64,000 nt of DNA from Chloroflexota bacterium (GTDB lineage: Bacteria; Chloroflexota; Dehalococcoidia; Lucifugimonadales; UBA3495), in the NCBI GenBank assembly GCA_027623675.1, contig JAQBVF010000018.1, positions 13,356-77,355 on the forward strand, read 5' to 3'. This document shows, piece after piece, positions 19,225 to 30,462 of this stretch (its first letter is position 1; every line of letters begins with the position of its first letter). Both the position numbers and the translations under genes were made by a program. Below the pieces are notes generated by a model. It was not told the DNA's origin and ran no database searches. It saw only the letters and a list, made by a program, of their open reading frames with translations.

Positions 19225-20274
19225 ATGGGCGACAAGATCGGCATCATGGGCGCAGGGGCGCTGGGCAGCTACGTCGGCGCCTTCTTGAGCAAGATTGGTG
19301 AGGACGTGACATTCATCGACATGTGGCCCGAGCACGTGGATAAGATGCGGACCGACGGCCTGCATGTCACCGGCAGCCAGGGTCCGTTCACCGTGCCGGT
19401 CAAGGCCATGCACCTGACCGAAGCCCAGAATATCTCGGAACCCTTTGATTTCGTCTTCATCTCGGTCAAGTCCTACGACACCGAATGGGCCACCCACTTC
19501 ATCAAGCGTTACGTGCGGGAAGACGGCTTCTTCATCTCCCTGCAGAACTGTTGGAACGATGTTCCCATGGGAGAGATCGTCGGCCCGTCGCGCCAGTTGG
19601 GCTGCATCGCTTCTCACATCGAGGTTGCTCTTTGGGAACCGGCGCTGGTCACCCGCGGCGGCGCGGTGGGCCGGGATTCGGGCCATACGGTGTTCCGCGT
19701 CGCCGAGCAGGACGGCCGCATCACCCCCCGGGCTGAGAAAGTGGCCGCCCTATTGGACAACATTGACGGCGCCTATGCTTCGGACAACCTCTGGGGTGAG
19801 CGCTGGGCTAAGTTGAGCCAGAACTCGATGGGAAATGGGATATCGGCCTCCACCGGGATGGGCTCGCAGCAGATGGCCGATGACCCCCGCTTACGCTTGA
19901 TCCGCATCAACCTGGCCAAGGAAGCCGCCAAGGTGGGTTTGGCGATGGGCTTGAAGGTTGTGCCCATCCAAGGCGTGCCGGCAGAGACCTGGGCCGACGC
20001 CGACAAGGGAGACGTGTTCGAGGAACTGGACGCCCATATGTCCTCCCATGGCGGCCGGGTCAACTGGCTGGCGTCCATGGCGCAGGACGTATACAAGGGA
20101 CGCCGCTCGGAGATAAACATGATGAACGGCTTGGTCGCCCAGAAGGGCCGGGAAGTGGCCATCCCCACGCCGTTCAACGACGCCGTGATCGAGGTCATGA
20201 ACGGCATCGACGACAAGACGCTGGAACAGAGCGAAGCCCACGTTGACCGAATCCTAAAGGCGGTTGGCCGCTGA
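19225..20274 (+). CDS. Ketopantoate reductase (ApbA/PanE) family protein
   Basis: GAGALG, VKSYDT, SLQN, WAKL, SMAQD..KGRRSEI..MNG, PTPFN. Confidence 0.85.
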   Translation: MGDKIGIMGAGALGSYVGAFLSKIGEDVTFIDMWPEHVDKMRTDGLHVTGSQGPFTVPVKAMHLTEAQNISEPFDFVFISVKSYDTEWATHFIKRYVREDGFFISLQNCWNDVPMGEIVGPSRQLGCIASHIEVALWEPALVTRGGAVGRDSGHTVFRVAEQDGRITPRAEKVAALLDNIDGAYASDNLWGERWAKLSQNSMGNGISASTGMGSQQMADDPRLRLIRINLAKEAAKVGLAMGLKVVPIQGVPAETWADADKGDVFEELDAHMSSHGGRVNWLASMAQDVYKGRRSEINMMNGLVAQKGREVAIPTPFNDAVIEVMNGIDDKTLEQSEAHVDRILKAVGR

Positions 20275-20306
20275 TCGACTGACCCTGCTGTCCCGGAGGT
20301 GACCCG

Positions 20307-20762
20307 GTGATCATCAAAGTAGAGCCGGCTGACATGTTCATGTATACCGTGATCATGATTTCCAACCTGGAGACCCCCGACCCGGAGGACCAGGAGATCC
20401 GGGACTACATGGAAGCCGAGGAGTTGGAGCCCAAGTACCGGAGCGAGGGTGACTTCGAGGGGCGGCACAGCGAGTCGATGCAGTTCGGCGGGTGCTACCT
20501 GGGCCGGCACCTTGGCGAGATCAACCTGATCCAACAGAAGTACATCGAAGTGGAACTCATCACCCACGAGATCAAACGCCATCTGGGAGAGTCGGACCGC
20601 CCGGTGGAGCTTCCCGATGAGAAACAGGACGCCGCCGTTGCTGAATTGCTGAAGAGTTTCAACAATGACAAAGCATTCAGGGAAAGAGAAGATGGCAAAT
20701 ACGAAGTGGCGTTGGACGGTGAAGCGGTCCGGGAGGCGGCGAGGGCCCTGCTGAAGAACTAA
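20307..20762 (+). CDS. Hypothetical acidic protein
   Basis: 151-aa ORF, GGAGGT RBS, host-like codon usage, followed by terminator. Confidence 0.7.
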   Translation: MIIKVEPADMFMYTVIMISNLETPDPEDQEIRDYMEAEELEPKYRSEGDFEGRHSESMQFGGCYLGRHLGEINLIQQKYIEVELITHEIKRHLGESDRPVELPDEKQDAAVAELLKSFNNDKAFREREDGKYEVALDGEAVREAARALLKN

Positions 20763-20784
20763 CCGCCGATCGAGTCAATGATAG

Positions 20785-20820
20785 AAAGAGTCCTTCCTGG
20801 TAGACCGGGAAGGACTCTTT
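20785..20820. terminator. Bidirectional intrinsic terminator
   Basis: AAAGAGTCCTTCCTGG-TAGA-CCGGGAAGGACTCTTT between convergent CDS and tRNA. Confidence 0.85.
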
Positions 20821-20832
20821 AGTTTTACGGGG

Positions 20833-20906
20833 TGGAGCGGGTGATGGGAATCGAACCCACATGGCCAGCTTGGAAGGCTGGAGCTCTACCACTGAGCTAC
20901 ACCCGC
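20833..20906 (-). tRNA. tRNA-Gly (anticodon TCC), CCA encoded
   Basis: Reverse complement GCGGGTGTAGCTCAGTGGTAGAGCT-CCAGC-CTTCCAA-GCTGG...GGTTCGATTCCCATCACCCGCTCCA. Confidence 0.97.
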
Positions 20907-21081
20907 CCGTTGGGATAGGCGCCTTCTATCCACTGTTTATCACCAGAAGGCGTAGAGAATTATAGATGCTGGGAGTGCTCCGTGCCAGACCATATGGTGA
21001 CTCGGTCTGGTCGATTGATTAGAATGCCCGTGACTCATCTTCCACTATCTGATATCTGACCGACGAATTAGGAGGGTCAAG

Positions 21082-21471
21082 ATGGCATTGGAACGAAAGC
21101 AATACCCCGGCATAGCGCCGGCGGGTCCGACCTACAGCCGGGCGGTAAAGGCCGGCAACCTGCTGTTCATCTCCGGGTGCACCGCCCGGGGGACGGATTC
21201 CCAAGGCAAGTCCATGATGGAACAACTGGACGTTACCCTAGGCCGTCTGGTCGCGGTGGCGGCAGAAGAAGGCGCCGGTCCTGGTGCCTTCGCCAAACTG
21301 ACCTGCTTCGTGACCAGCATGAAGGAATACCAGAAGGACTCCCAGGAACAGCAGGCCCTGTTCGCCAGGCATTTCCAGGAGCAATACCCGGCCAACTCTC
21401 TCATCGAGATTTCCGCCCTCGCCGAGCCCGGTTTGGACGTCGAGATCGAGGCGATAGTGGTCTTGGAGTAG
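21082..21471 (+). CDS. RidA/YjgF family protein
   Basis: YSRAVKAGNLLFISG, YPANSLIEISALAEPGLDVEIEA; GGAGG RBS. Confidence 0.85.
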   Translation: MALERKQYPGIAPAGPTYSRAVKAGNLLFISGCTARGTDSQGKSMMEQLDVTLGRLVAVAAEEGAGPGAFAKLTCFVTSMKEYQKDSQEQQALFARHFQEQYPANSLIEISALAEPGLDVEIEAIVVLE

Positions 21472-21499
21472 GGGCGGTGGCAGTGCCCACCCTGACACC

Positions 21500-21529
21500 G
21501 TGGTTCGACAAGCATCCCACCATGAGCGG
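21500..21529 (+). repeat. Degenerate REP-like unit (TTCGACAAGC...ATGAGCGG family)
   Basis: GTGGTTCGACAAGCATCCCACCATGAGCGG, similar to 62887-62913. Confidence 0.45.
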
Positions 21530-21664
21530 GAAGGGGGCGAGTTGGTTTGGTAAAGTGTTGATTCTCGTTCAGCTCGTCCTGGGCCGAGGCCTGCTTCGCG
21601 TGCCGGTTCCCATCCTTAAGAGACTTTAACCAGTGACGATTGCCAACGAGATAGGTCAGGTTTT

Positions 21665-23602
21665 TCAGCCTGAGGCCGTGATGACGGTCGTGACGCACCC
21701 TTGGTTGTTGGCAGAGTTCCGGTCATCATTGTGGTCGACCGTGGCGCAATTGACCACCGCGTCGGACCCACCGGGAAACTTGTCGATGGGGGCAACGGTC
21801 ACATTGATTATTAAAGTGGGAAGTAATCCTCCTGGAGAGATTGGCGGGCCGGTATACGTGCAGGTCACTAACTGGCCAGAGGCGCTACAGGCCCAGTCGG
21901 TTGAATAGGGGTCGGAGAAGGAATCAAAGGTAATGCCGTTTGGCAGGTCATCCACCACGGTTATGGGGCTGCTGGCGGACCCTTGGCCCACGTTCGAAAC
22001 CTGGACCGTATACGAGGCAGACTGCCCGTAGTGGAACTCACTGTTCAGGAACTTCTCGGTGGTTAGGTCGGGATTTTCCCTAGGAGGGGTAGGCGTGACA
22101 GTCGGCGCAGGCGTCGGAGTCTGGGTTGGAGGTGGCGTGGTCCTAGGCCTTACCAGCGTCCCAAATATACTTAACGGAGTGGGCGTAGGCGTTGCAGGCA
22201 CGCCGCATACGGTTACGCTTAGCGTGGCGTAGTCCACCCTCGTATCATCTTGGACGAGCACGTCTAAGAAGCCGGAGGCGTTCATGTCAGCCAGAAGGCT
22301 TACTCCTTGCGGTGGTAGCTGGCTAAGGTCAAGGACGAAGGTGTATTGGTCATACAGCGGCCACGATTGAGGCAGCAGCCCCGCAGGGCTCCCGATCCTC
22401 GATGTCCACGCAGTGCCGGCGAGGTTGCCGTTTGAGTCGGTGAACCGCAGAGCGATGGTGTCGTTTTCTGTGTTTGCGCCCCAGGGCATCAGACCGATTT
22501 CCAATTGGGCAGAGATGATGTCGTCTGGCAACCCAACGAAGGTATGGGCAAACCATTTGTCCCAGTCGAGTTGGTCAAAGTCCATCAGTGGACTCGTGAT
22601 GCTAGCAGATAGTCCGGCGCTGGGATTGGCAGGAGGGGTGTCGGAGTTGGGATCGTAGTTGTCGTTCACTCCGGCGTAGAAGATAGACTGAATCTCCGTT
22701 TCACCACGCGGACAGGTGAGCGGCGGTCCCGTTGGTGAAACTGCAGAGGTGATAGTGGATGGGAGGAAAGCAGTGGCCGCCGGGGTGGGTGTCAGCCTCG
22801 TCCGAGTCGCGGGGGGGATGAACGGGCTTGCCACCGGCGTAACTGTCCCAATCGGAGGCTCGGGGACAAACGGACTCAAACCAGAGACTCTCCCTACTGC
22901 GTTAAAACCCGTGACAACGCCGCACCCGGCGGCTAGAGGGTAGGCGCCCGTCTCAATGACCTTGACCTCAAGAACGTTCGTTCCAGCAAGGAAGTAGCTG
23001 GCATCGGAGTTAGAGACCGACGTCTGGCCTTGAGACGCCTGGAGTGGCCAGTCGGGCACCGTGCCGATGGTATTTCCATTGAGAGAGATGGTCGCCTGCT
23101 GGTCAGCGTAAATGTCCATGGTCAGGGCCATGTTTGTTGCGCCCGGAGCAAGGGTGAACTCGTAGACGTACGAGAATTCCTCAAGAGGCGCGACACCTGG
23201 CCTGCCCCTCTCGTCTACAGATATCCATCGCGAATCCGGACCCGCCAAAACACTACCCCACCGACTAGACCAGTCCTGTGCCAGAATCACAACTGCGTCA
23301 GCGGGCGTACTCGGCGCCGGTGGAGGGTCGGGAGCGTTGTATGCCGCAAGACCGCAACCGTAGGTGGTGTTGGGTCCGTACACCAACGTAGGGGTATCAA
23401 CCCACGTTTCCAGATTCCAGTTGTCGTCAGCCGTGCCGTAGGCTATCTCCATGCCCGCGGCCTGGTCATATCCGGTATTAAGAACAATCTCGAAGGGGGT
23501 CAGTACGGGTGTAGGGGTCGGCGAAGACTGGGTACAAGCGGCCAGGACCAGCACGAGCACGCCCGAAGCCCAAATGAAAGGCCAAATTGGCAGTTTAATC
23601 AT
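21665..23602 (-). CDS. Putative lipoprotein/surface protein with beta-sandwich domains, Pro/Thr linkers and C-terminal DUF11-like domain
   Basis: Signal with LAAC lipobox after ATG 23602; TPTP repeats; PDLTTEK...YTVQVSNVG...ITVVDDLPNG...NCATV...NN DUF11-like pattern. Confidence 0.7.
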   Translation of the reverse strand: MIKLPIWPFIWASGVLVLVLAACTQSSPTPTPVLTPFEIVLNTGYDQAAGMEIAYGTADDNWNLETWVDTPTLVYGPNTTYGCGLAAYNAPDPPPAPSTPADAVVILAQDWSSRWGSVLAGPDSRWISVDERGRPGVAPLEEFSYVYEFTLAPGATNMALTMDIYADQQATISLNGNTIGTVPDWPLQASQGQTSVSNSDASYFLAGTNVLEVKVIETGAYPLAAGCGVVTGFNAVGRVSGLSPFVPEPPIGTVTPVASPFIPPATRTRLTPTPAATAFLPSTITSAVSPTGPPLTCPRGETEIQSIFYAGVNDNYDPNSDTPPANPSAGLSASITSPLMDFDQLDWDKWFAHTFVGLPDDIISAQLEIGLMPWGANTENDTIALRFTDSNGNLAGTAWTSRIGSPAGLLPQSWPLYDQYTFVLDLSQLPPQGVSLLADMNASGFLDVLVQDDTRVDYATLSVTVCGVPATPTPTPLSIFGTLVRPRTTPPPTQTPTPAPTVTPTPPRENPDLTTEKFLNSEFHYGQSASYTVQVSNVGQGSASSPITVVDDLPNGITFDSFSDPYSTDWACSASGQLVTCTYTGPPISPGGLLPTLIINVTVAPIDKFPGGSDAVVNCATVDHNDDRNSANNQGCVTTVITASG

Positions 23603-23952
23603 GGCGGGCGTTATATCCCATCCCCGTCGATTCAGATTTGCGCCTGGATGAATCGGATGGAGAATTCGTAACTGATTCAGCAATGTCTACTTGCGGTGAT
23701 CAAGTGGATAACGTGGCGGGAATAATTCCCAGGCCGGAAGCTTCTTTTCAGCAGCACAAGTAGGTCGAGACGGCCAGCCATATGTTGGGAGACCCAAATG
23801 TTGAGAGCCAAGTAACGTTTTCGCCGCAGCCCACATATCATCTAGGTTCTGTTGGCATTTCATCGTAGCCAGGTACGAGTACTCACGAAGTGAACAAAAG
23901 CGAGGTAAGTCGCGGCGAGTTTGTCGTACCGCGAGAATACGCTTGCGGCCGG

Positions 23953-24786
23953 CTAACCCCGCGTAAGAAACTCTTTGGCCGTCCTGACGCGGCGGCCCCA
24001 CCATTCGGGGCCTTCCAGCACGTACTTCCACTCGGGGTTCTGTTGGGTGTCGCGGAGTCCGGCCATCACTTCCCGGAAGACGGGGGCGTCGGCCTCGGCG
24101 AACTCGAAGTACCCAACGAAGTCGTAACTGCCCTCCAAACCGTAACCCTCCGGCGCGTGGACCAAGCGGCGGTTGATGCCGGGGACGCCGGCGGCGCTGG
24201 CCAGGGCGTGCCCCTTCACCACCATGTTCTCGTTCTCGTCGTAGCGGGGCAGGAAGAAACTCTCCCGGTGGAGGAAGTCCATCTGCCACCAGGCCTCGGT
24301 CTTGTTCATGGGGGTCACGGCGGCCAGGGGGAACTTGTCGCCGGGTCCGGGCGGCATGGCGTGGGCGTAGGCGAACTGGGTCATGGCGTGGCTGGTGTAG
24401 CTGCGGGGCCGCATCACCCCGGCCAGGGTTTCAACCGAGGAGCCAAAGGGCTCAATCAATTTGCGCAGCTCACTCTCATATTCTCCGATTGGCTCGAATG
24501 TGGCGCACTCCAATCTGATCAACCCGTGGGACTCGGACACCGCCGGGTGAATGATTTGCTGCTCGGATGTCAGCGCGGATTCCGCCCGCAGCAACTGGAA
24601 CCGCCCCCGTGCAAACGCTTCGTCTGAGGGCGGCCCGTCAACGTCATGCACGTTCTCCATGTTTTGGCCAAGCAAATCGATGGCCTCGGCCAGTTTTCCG
24701 TCGGACTCACCGTCGCCCAGTGTCACAAACAAGAATAGCTGGTGGCCGGTGACGGTGGTGGTCATGTTCAGGTCTTGGGGTTGCAT
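23953..24786 (-). CDS. Chlorite dismutase family heme protein
   Basis: PMNKTEAWW, proximal His (GHALAS), Arg 13 residues later (INRRLVH), YDFVGYFE, NPEWKYV. Confidence 0.8.
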   Translation of the reverse strand: MQPQDLNMTTTVTGHQLFLFVTLGDGESDGKLAEAIDLLGQNMENVHDVDGPPSDEAFARGRFQLLRAESALTSEQQIIHPAVSESHGLIRLECATFEPIGEYESELRKLIEPFGSSVETLAGVMRPRSYTSHAMTQFAYAHAMPPGPGDKFPLAAVTPMNKTEAWWQMDFLHRESFFLPRYDENENMVVKGHALASAAGVPGINRRLVHAPEGYGLEGSYDFVGYFEFAEADAPVFREVMAGLRDTQQNPEWKYVLEGPEWWGRRVRTAKEFLTRG

Positions 24787-24959
24787 GGTTGGTTTCCCTC
24801 ACTGGCGGATTCAGGTGACTTCGCATAGGTTATCATCCCCCGCCAGCCTTGAGAGACCCCCTTGATTAGGGTACGATTGGTGGGCCGCGCCGACCTGGGA
24901 ACCAAGTTATGTCTTTTGACCCCTTTAATCGGCGGCTCAGCGATCTTTCGGAGTTGGCC

Positions 24960-26627
<1,668 letters not shown>

Positions 26628-26696
26628 TTCGCGGAGGCTAACCAGCCTCAAAAGTGTACTGAATGGGTAAATTATGCTTGGTATAAATGGAGAAAT

Positions 26697-27857
26697 GTGA
26701 TGCCTGATCTGATATTGACCGAAGAGGAGCAGATGCTCCAGACCACCCTTCGGGATTTCGTTGACCGGGAGATTGCGCCGAGGGCCAAAGAGAGCGACCA
26801 GAAGGGCGAGTTCCAATGGGACAACTGGCGCGGGTTGGCCGATCTGGGGATGACCGGTCTGGGCATCGACACCAAGTACGGCGGCAGCGGCCCGGCGGGC
26901 TACCGACAGGTGTCGCTCGCCGCCGAGGAAGTGGCCCGGGGCGACGCTTCAACCAGCGTGAGTTGGCTGGCGCACCTGGCGTTGGGGACGGCCTGCGTGG
27001 CCCGGTTCGGCAACGACGAACAGAAAGACCGGCTGCTGACTCCCCTGGCGTCCGGCGAGGAAGTTGCCGCCTTTGGCCTCACCGAGCCCAGCGGCGGCTC
27101 CGATGCGGCGGCGCTGCAGACCACGGCCACCGAACGCGACGGGACCTACTTCCTCAACGGCAGCAAGATGTTCATCACCAACGCCTCCGTGGCATCAACC
27201 ATCGTGGTATTCGCCACTGAGGACCGGTCCAAGGGCTACAAGGGGATCAGCGCATTCTTGGTGCGGAAGGACTCGCCGGGGCTGACCATCAACCCGATGC
27301 ACGGCAAGTTGGGCATGCGCAGTTCCACCACCGATGAAATCGTGTTCCAGGACACGCCGGTGGGCTCGGAGAACCTGCTGGGCGAGCGGGGCCGTGGTTT
27401 CAACCACGCCATGGAGATATTGACCCAGAGCCGAATCATCATTGCCGCCCAGAGCGTTGGAATCGGCCAGTCGGCCCTGGAGGCTGCGGTGCGGTTCGCC
27501 CAGCAGCGGGAGACCTTCGGCAAACCCATCGCCCAGCACCAGGCCATACAGTTCATGCTGGCCGACATGGCGGTGGGCGTGCATACGGCAAGGGTGGCCA
27601 CCATGAACGCGGCGACCTTGATGGACGCCGGCCTGCCCTTCCTGCAAGAGGCGTCCATCGCCAAGCTGATGGCTTCCGAGATGTGCATCGACGTGGCCAA
27701 CAAGGCGGTCCAGATCCACGGCGGCGCTGGCTACTTTCAGGAGGCCGGGGTGGAGCGGATCTTCCGGGACGCCCGGGTGACCACCATCTATGAGGGGACT
27801 TCGGAAGTGCAACGGCTGTTGATCGCCCGGCAATTGATGGAGCAGTATCCGGTATAG
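26697..27857 (+). CDS. Acyl-CoA dehydrogenase
   Basis: FGLTEPSGGSD, LNGSKMFITN, KLGMRSS, RETFGKPI, QIHGGAG, IYEGTSEVQR. Confidence 0.93.
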   Translation: MMPDLILTEEEQMLQTTLRDFVDREIAPRAKESDQKGEFQWDNWRGLADLGMTGLGIDTKYGGSGPAGYRQVSLAAEEVARGDASTSVSWLAHLALGTACVARFGNDEQKDRLLTPLASGEEVAAFGLTEPSGGSDAAALQTTATERDGTYFLNGSKMFITNASVASTIVVFATEDRSKGYKGISAFLVRKDSPGLTINPMHGKLGMRSSTTDEIVFQDTPVGSENLLGERGRGFNHAMEILTQSRIIIAAQSVGIGQSALEAAVRFAQQRETFGKPIAQHQAIQFMLADMAVGVHTARVATMNAATLMDAGLPFLQEASIAKLMASEMCIDVANKAVQIHGGAGYFQEAGVERIFRDARVTTIYEGTSEVQRLLIARQLMEQYPV

Positions 27858-27999
27858 GGGCGGGCGCATGCCTTGGTGAGAGTAGCCGGATGAATGACGA
27901 CGCTCTGGCACCAGCCCTCCCTTCCCGTCTGCGCGCGCACGACTATAAAGGCGGTTTGGGCCTGGTGTCGGACCACTTTGATTGGAGATGACCTGAAGC

Positions 28000-28419
28000 G
28001 TGACTGAGGTTTGTACGGTTAATCACATCGACCACGTGGGCGTGGCCGTGAATGACATTGAGGCGGCGTTGGCTTTCTTTAAGAAGGTGTTCGACGTCCC
28101 GGACGCGGAGATCGTTTTGATGGAGGACCAGGGCGTCCGGGCCACGTTGATCGAGGTTGGGCAGACCCGGCTGGAACTGTTGGAGCCGACCAGCCCCGAA
28201 TCCGGGGTCGGCCGCTTCATCGGACGCCGGGGTGAGGGCCTGCACCATCTGGCATTCAACGTGACCGACATCTCGGGGAAGCTGCAAACGCTGAAGACCC
28301 TGGGGGTGGACCTGATCGACCAGAGTCCCAGGGAGGGTTTGTCGGGCACCATTGCCTTCGTTCATCCGAGGTCGGTGTTTGGCATCTTGACCGAGCTGGT
28401 GGAGTCGGTTCCGGAGTAG
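28000..28419 (+). CDS. mce: Methylmalonyl-CoA epimerase
   Basis: IDHVGVAV, LELLEP, GEGLHHLAF, FVHP..VFGILTELVE; MCM context. Confidence 0.9.
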   Translation: MTEVCTVNHIDHVGVAVNDIEAALAFFKKVFDVPDAEIVLMEDQGVRATLIEVGQTRLELLEPTSPESGVGRFIGRRGEGLHHLAFNVTDISGKLQTLKTLGVDLIDQSPREGLSGTIAFVHPRSVFGILTELVESVPE

Positions 28420-28646
28420 GTTTCTTGGCCGGGATATACCCGGTCGTTCGATGGGGTCTTTCCAAGTAATGTGAACTTCGTCGACCAACCGCCAGGGGTG
28501 GGCCCGGCTTTTCTTGACCCGGGACCAGACCGGTGCGCGTCTTTCGAGGGCCTCGGGAAGAGCGGCGAGATTGGCGCTGGGCCAATAATAGAAAGGTTCT
28601 GGGCAGTCCAAGTCAATGATTGAAAATAACGGAAATGTAGAGAGAG

Positions 28647-29063
28647 ATGCAGGATAGAAACCGCCCAATCAGAGTGCTAGTGGCGAAACCGGGGCTTGAC
28701 GGACACGACCGGGGCGCCAAGGTGATTGCCCGGGCGCTTCGTGACGCCGGCATGGAAGTGATCTACACCGGCATCAGGCAGAGTCCGCAGATGATAACCC
28801 AGGCCGCGTCGCAAGAAGACGTCGACGTTATCGGGCTCAGCATCCTGTCGGGCGCTCACCTTGAGATACTGCCCGAGATCATGAGCCTCATGCGGGAACA
28901 GGGCATGGAGGACGTGATCGTGGTTGTGGGCGGGATAATTCCGGAGGTGGACCGCCAGCCCTTGAAGGACCTGGGTATATCCGAGGTCTTTGGACCTGGG
29001 ACCTCCACCGGGGAAATCGTGGAATATATACGAGAGAGCGCTAAGGACCGCGCCGGGGCGTGA
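28647..29063 (+). CDS. Methylmalonyl-CoA mutase cobalamin-binding small subunit
   Basis: [13 protein letters not shown] (DxHxxG), GLSILSG, VGGIIP. Confidence 0.93.
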   Translation: MQDRNRPIRVLVAKPGLDGHDRGAKVIARALRDAGMEVIYTGIRQSPQMITQAASQEDVDVIGLSILSGAHLEILPEIMSLMREQGMEDVIVVVGGIIPEVDRQPLKDLGISEVFGPGTSTGEIVEYIRESAKDRAGA

Positions 29064-29178
29064 TCGGGCATTTTCGGGGCCGCCCGCTCGCCATATCACC
29101 GGTGACGGGAGGACATGACCGGGCCGGTTCGTGCGGTTAACATAATCGGTGCCGCCACACCTGGGGAATGACCGACTC

Positions 29179-29209
29179 TTGACAGCCAACCATGAGGGCA
29201 AACTATAAT
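29179..29209 (+). promoter_or_regulatory. Sigma70-type promoter for yceD
   Basis: TTGACA-N19-TATAAT; consensus hexamers with long spacer. Confidence 0.5.
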
Positions 29210-29268
29210 TACCATCGCTCCATAGTGGGGCGTGGACGAGGGCCATCAACAGAGTGTGAGCAGGCTCA

Positions 29269-29793
29269 ATGCAGTACAACTTGGCTCAGTTGTTGAAGGA
29301 GCCTACGGGTTCGTGGCGAGAGTACGAGGTAGACGAACCAATCACGGGTCCTGAGGACGGCGCAGACCGTGCCCGAGGGCGGGTCGAGGTGATTCGAACC
29401 CATCAGGGTTTGGTCGTCCGGGCCAGCCTGGAGACCCAGGTCAAGTTGACCTGCGGCAGGTGCCTCAAGGGGTTCGAGTACAGTTCCGTTTTAACGCTGG
29501 AAGAAGAGTCCTTTCCGATCAATGACCCGGGGCCGGGTGAAGAGTCAGAATCTTCGGCAGAACCGGACGACGTGATCTATCTGGATGCCGATCATGTTCT
29601 GGACATGGATGACGTAGTTCGTCAGTATGTTCTCACCGGTGTACCGATGAAACCTTTATGTCGAGATGGGTGTCTGGGCCTCTGCCCGGAGTGCGGGAGC
29701 GACCTAAACGAGGAAAAATGTAAATGTAACACAGCTCTAGTTGACCCCCGATGGGGGGCGTTGGCAGAGCTGTTAACCGAGGGGCGGGAATAA
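29269..29793 (+). CDS. YceD/DUF177 family protein
   Basis: CGRCL, PMKPLCRDGCLGLCPECG, DPRW; upstream of rpmF. Confidence 0.9.
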   Translation: MQYNLAQLLKEPTGSWREYEVDEPITGPEDGADRARGRVEVIRTHQGLVVRASLETQVKLTCGRCLKGFEYSSVLTLEEESFPINDPGPGEESESSAEPDDVIYLDADHVLDMDDVVRQYVLTGVPMKPLCRDGCLGLCPECGSDLNEEKCKCNTALVDPRWGALAELLTEGRE

Positions 29794-30094
29794 CCGGTGT
29801 TCTCTTTCTTATAGCCTTATGGGGCGGCGCAACCCCTACTGAGTAAACGCCGAATAAGCAAACGCCGAAAATAACTATCCGTCTGATTGCGTTCGTCCGG
29901 TGACTTCGCATCTGTAATTCGGCCTAATACGCAGAACCGAACCGGTCTCCCCTCTCAAAAACACCCCTATACGGGAAAAGTGTACGTCATCGCGTATGCC
30001 TGGTAGAATTACCGGCGGATATTCGTTTTGCGCAAGGTGCGCGGCGTGCGTGGCGCCTCAGCCAGCAGACCAATCAAAAAGGACGTGACCAATC

Positions 30095-30277
30095 ATGGGT
30101 GCGGTACCCAGAAAGAAATTAACCAGGGCCAGAAAAGGGCGACGGCTAGCCTCGTATAGGCTCAGCCCCCTGCATCCAGCTTTGTGCCCCCGTTGCCGCA
30201 GCGCCAAGCTGCCGCACGTTGTCTGCCGTCAGTGCGGTTTTTACCGCGGACGCCAGGTGCTAGAGGAGAAGGTCTAA
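30095..30277 (+). CDS. rpmF: 50S ribosomal protein L32
   Basis: MGAVPRKK, CPRC...PHVVCRQCGFYRGR zinc ribbon. Confidence 0.95.
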   Translation: MGAVPRKKLTRARKGRRLASYRLSPLHPALCPRCRSAKLPHVVCRQCGFYRGRQVLEEKV

Positions 30278-30462
30278 CTGGCACTATCAACCGAGCCCGG
30301 AGGATCGCGTTAGCAGGCCGCCGGTTGGGATAGTCCGATCTTTGACCGAATAGTTATGTCCGATAAGCATCAAAAAAGGGGAATAGAGGAGTGGATTTCA
30401 GGTTGTATTTTTTTGGCGCAGTGTCCTAAAATCCATGGGATGTCGAATTACGGCCTTAAATC

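Noticed and set aside
20833..23700. tRNA-anchored genomic island or prophage
   Set aside because: No integrase and no duplicated tRNA 3' end seen; the accessory gene lies on the tRNA 5' side.
23704..23712. DnaA box / replication origin
   Set aside because: A single near-match (GTGGATAAC) with no cluster or dnaA context.
28420..28646. Cobalamin riboswitch upstream of the B12-binding subunit
   Set aside because: Only an isolated GGGAAG; no recognisable B12-box or GCCACTG elements.
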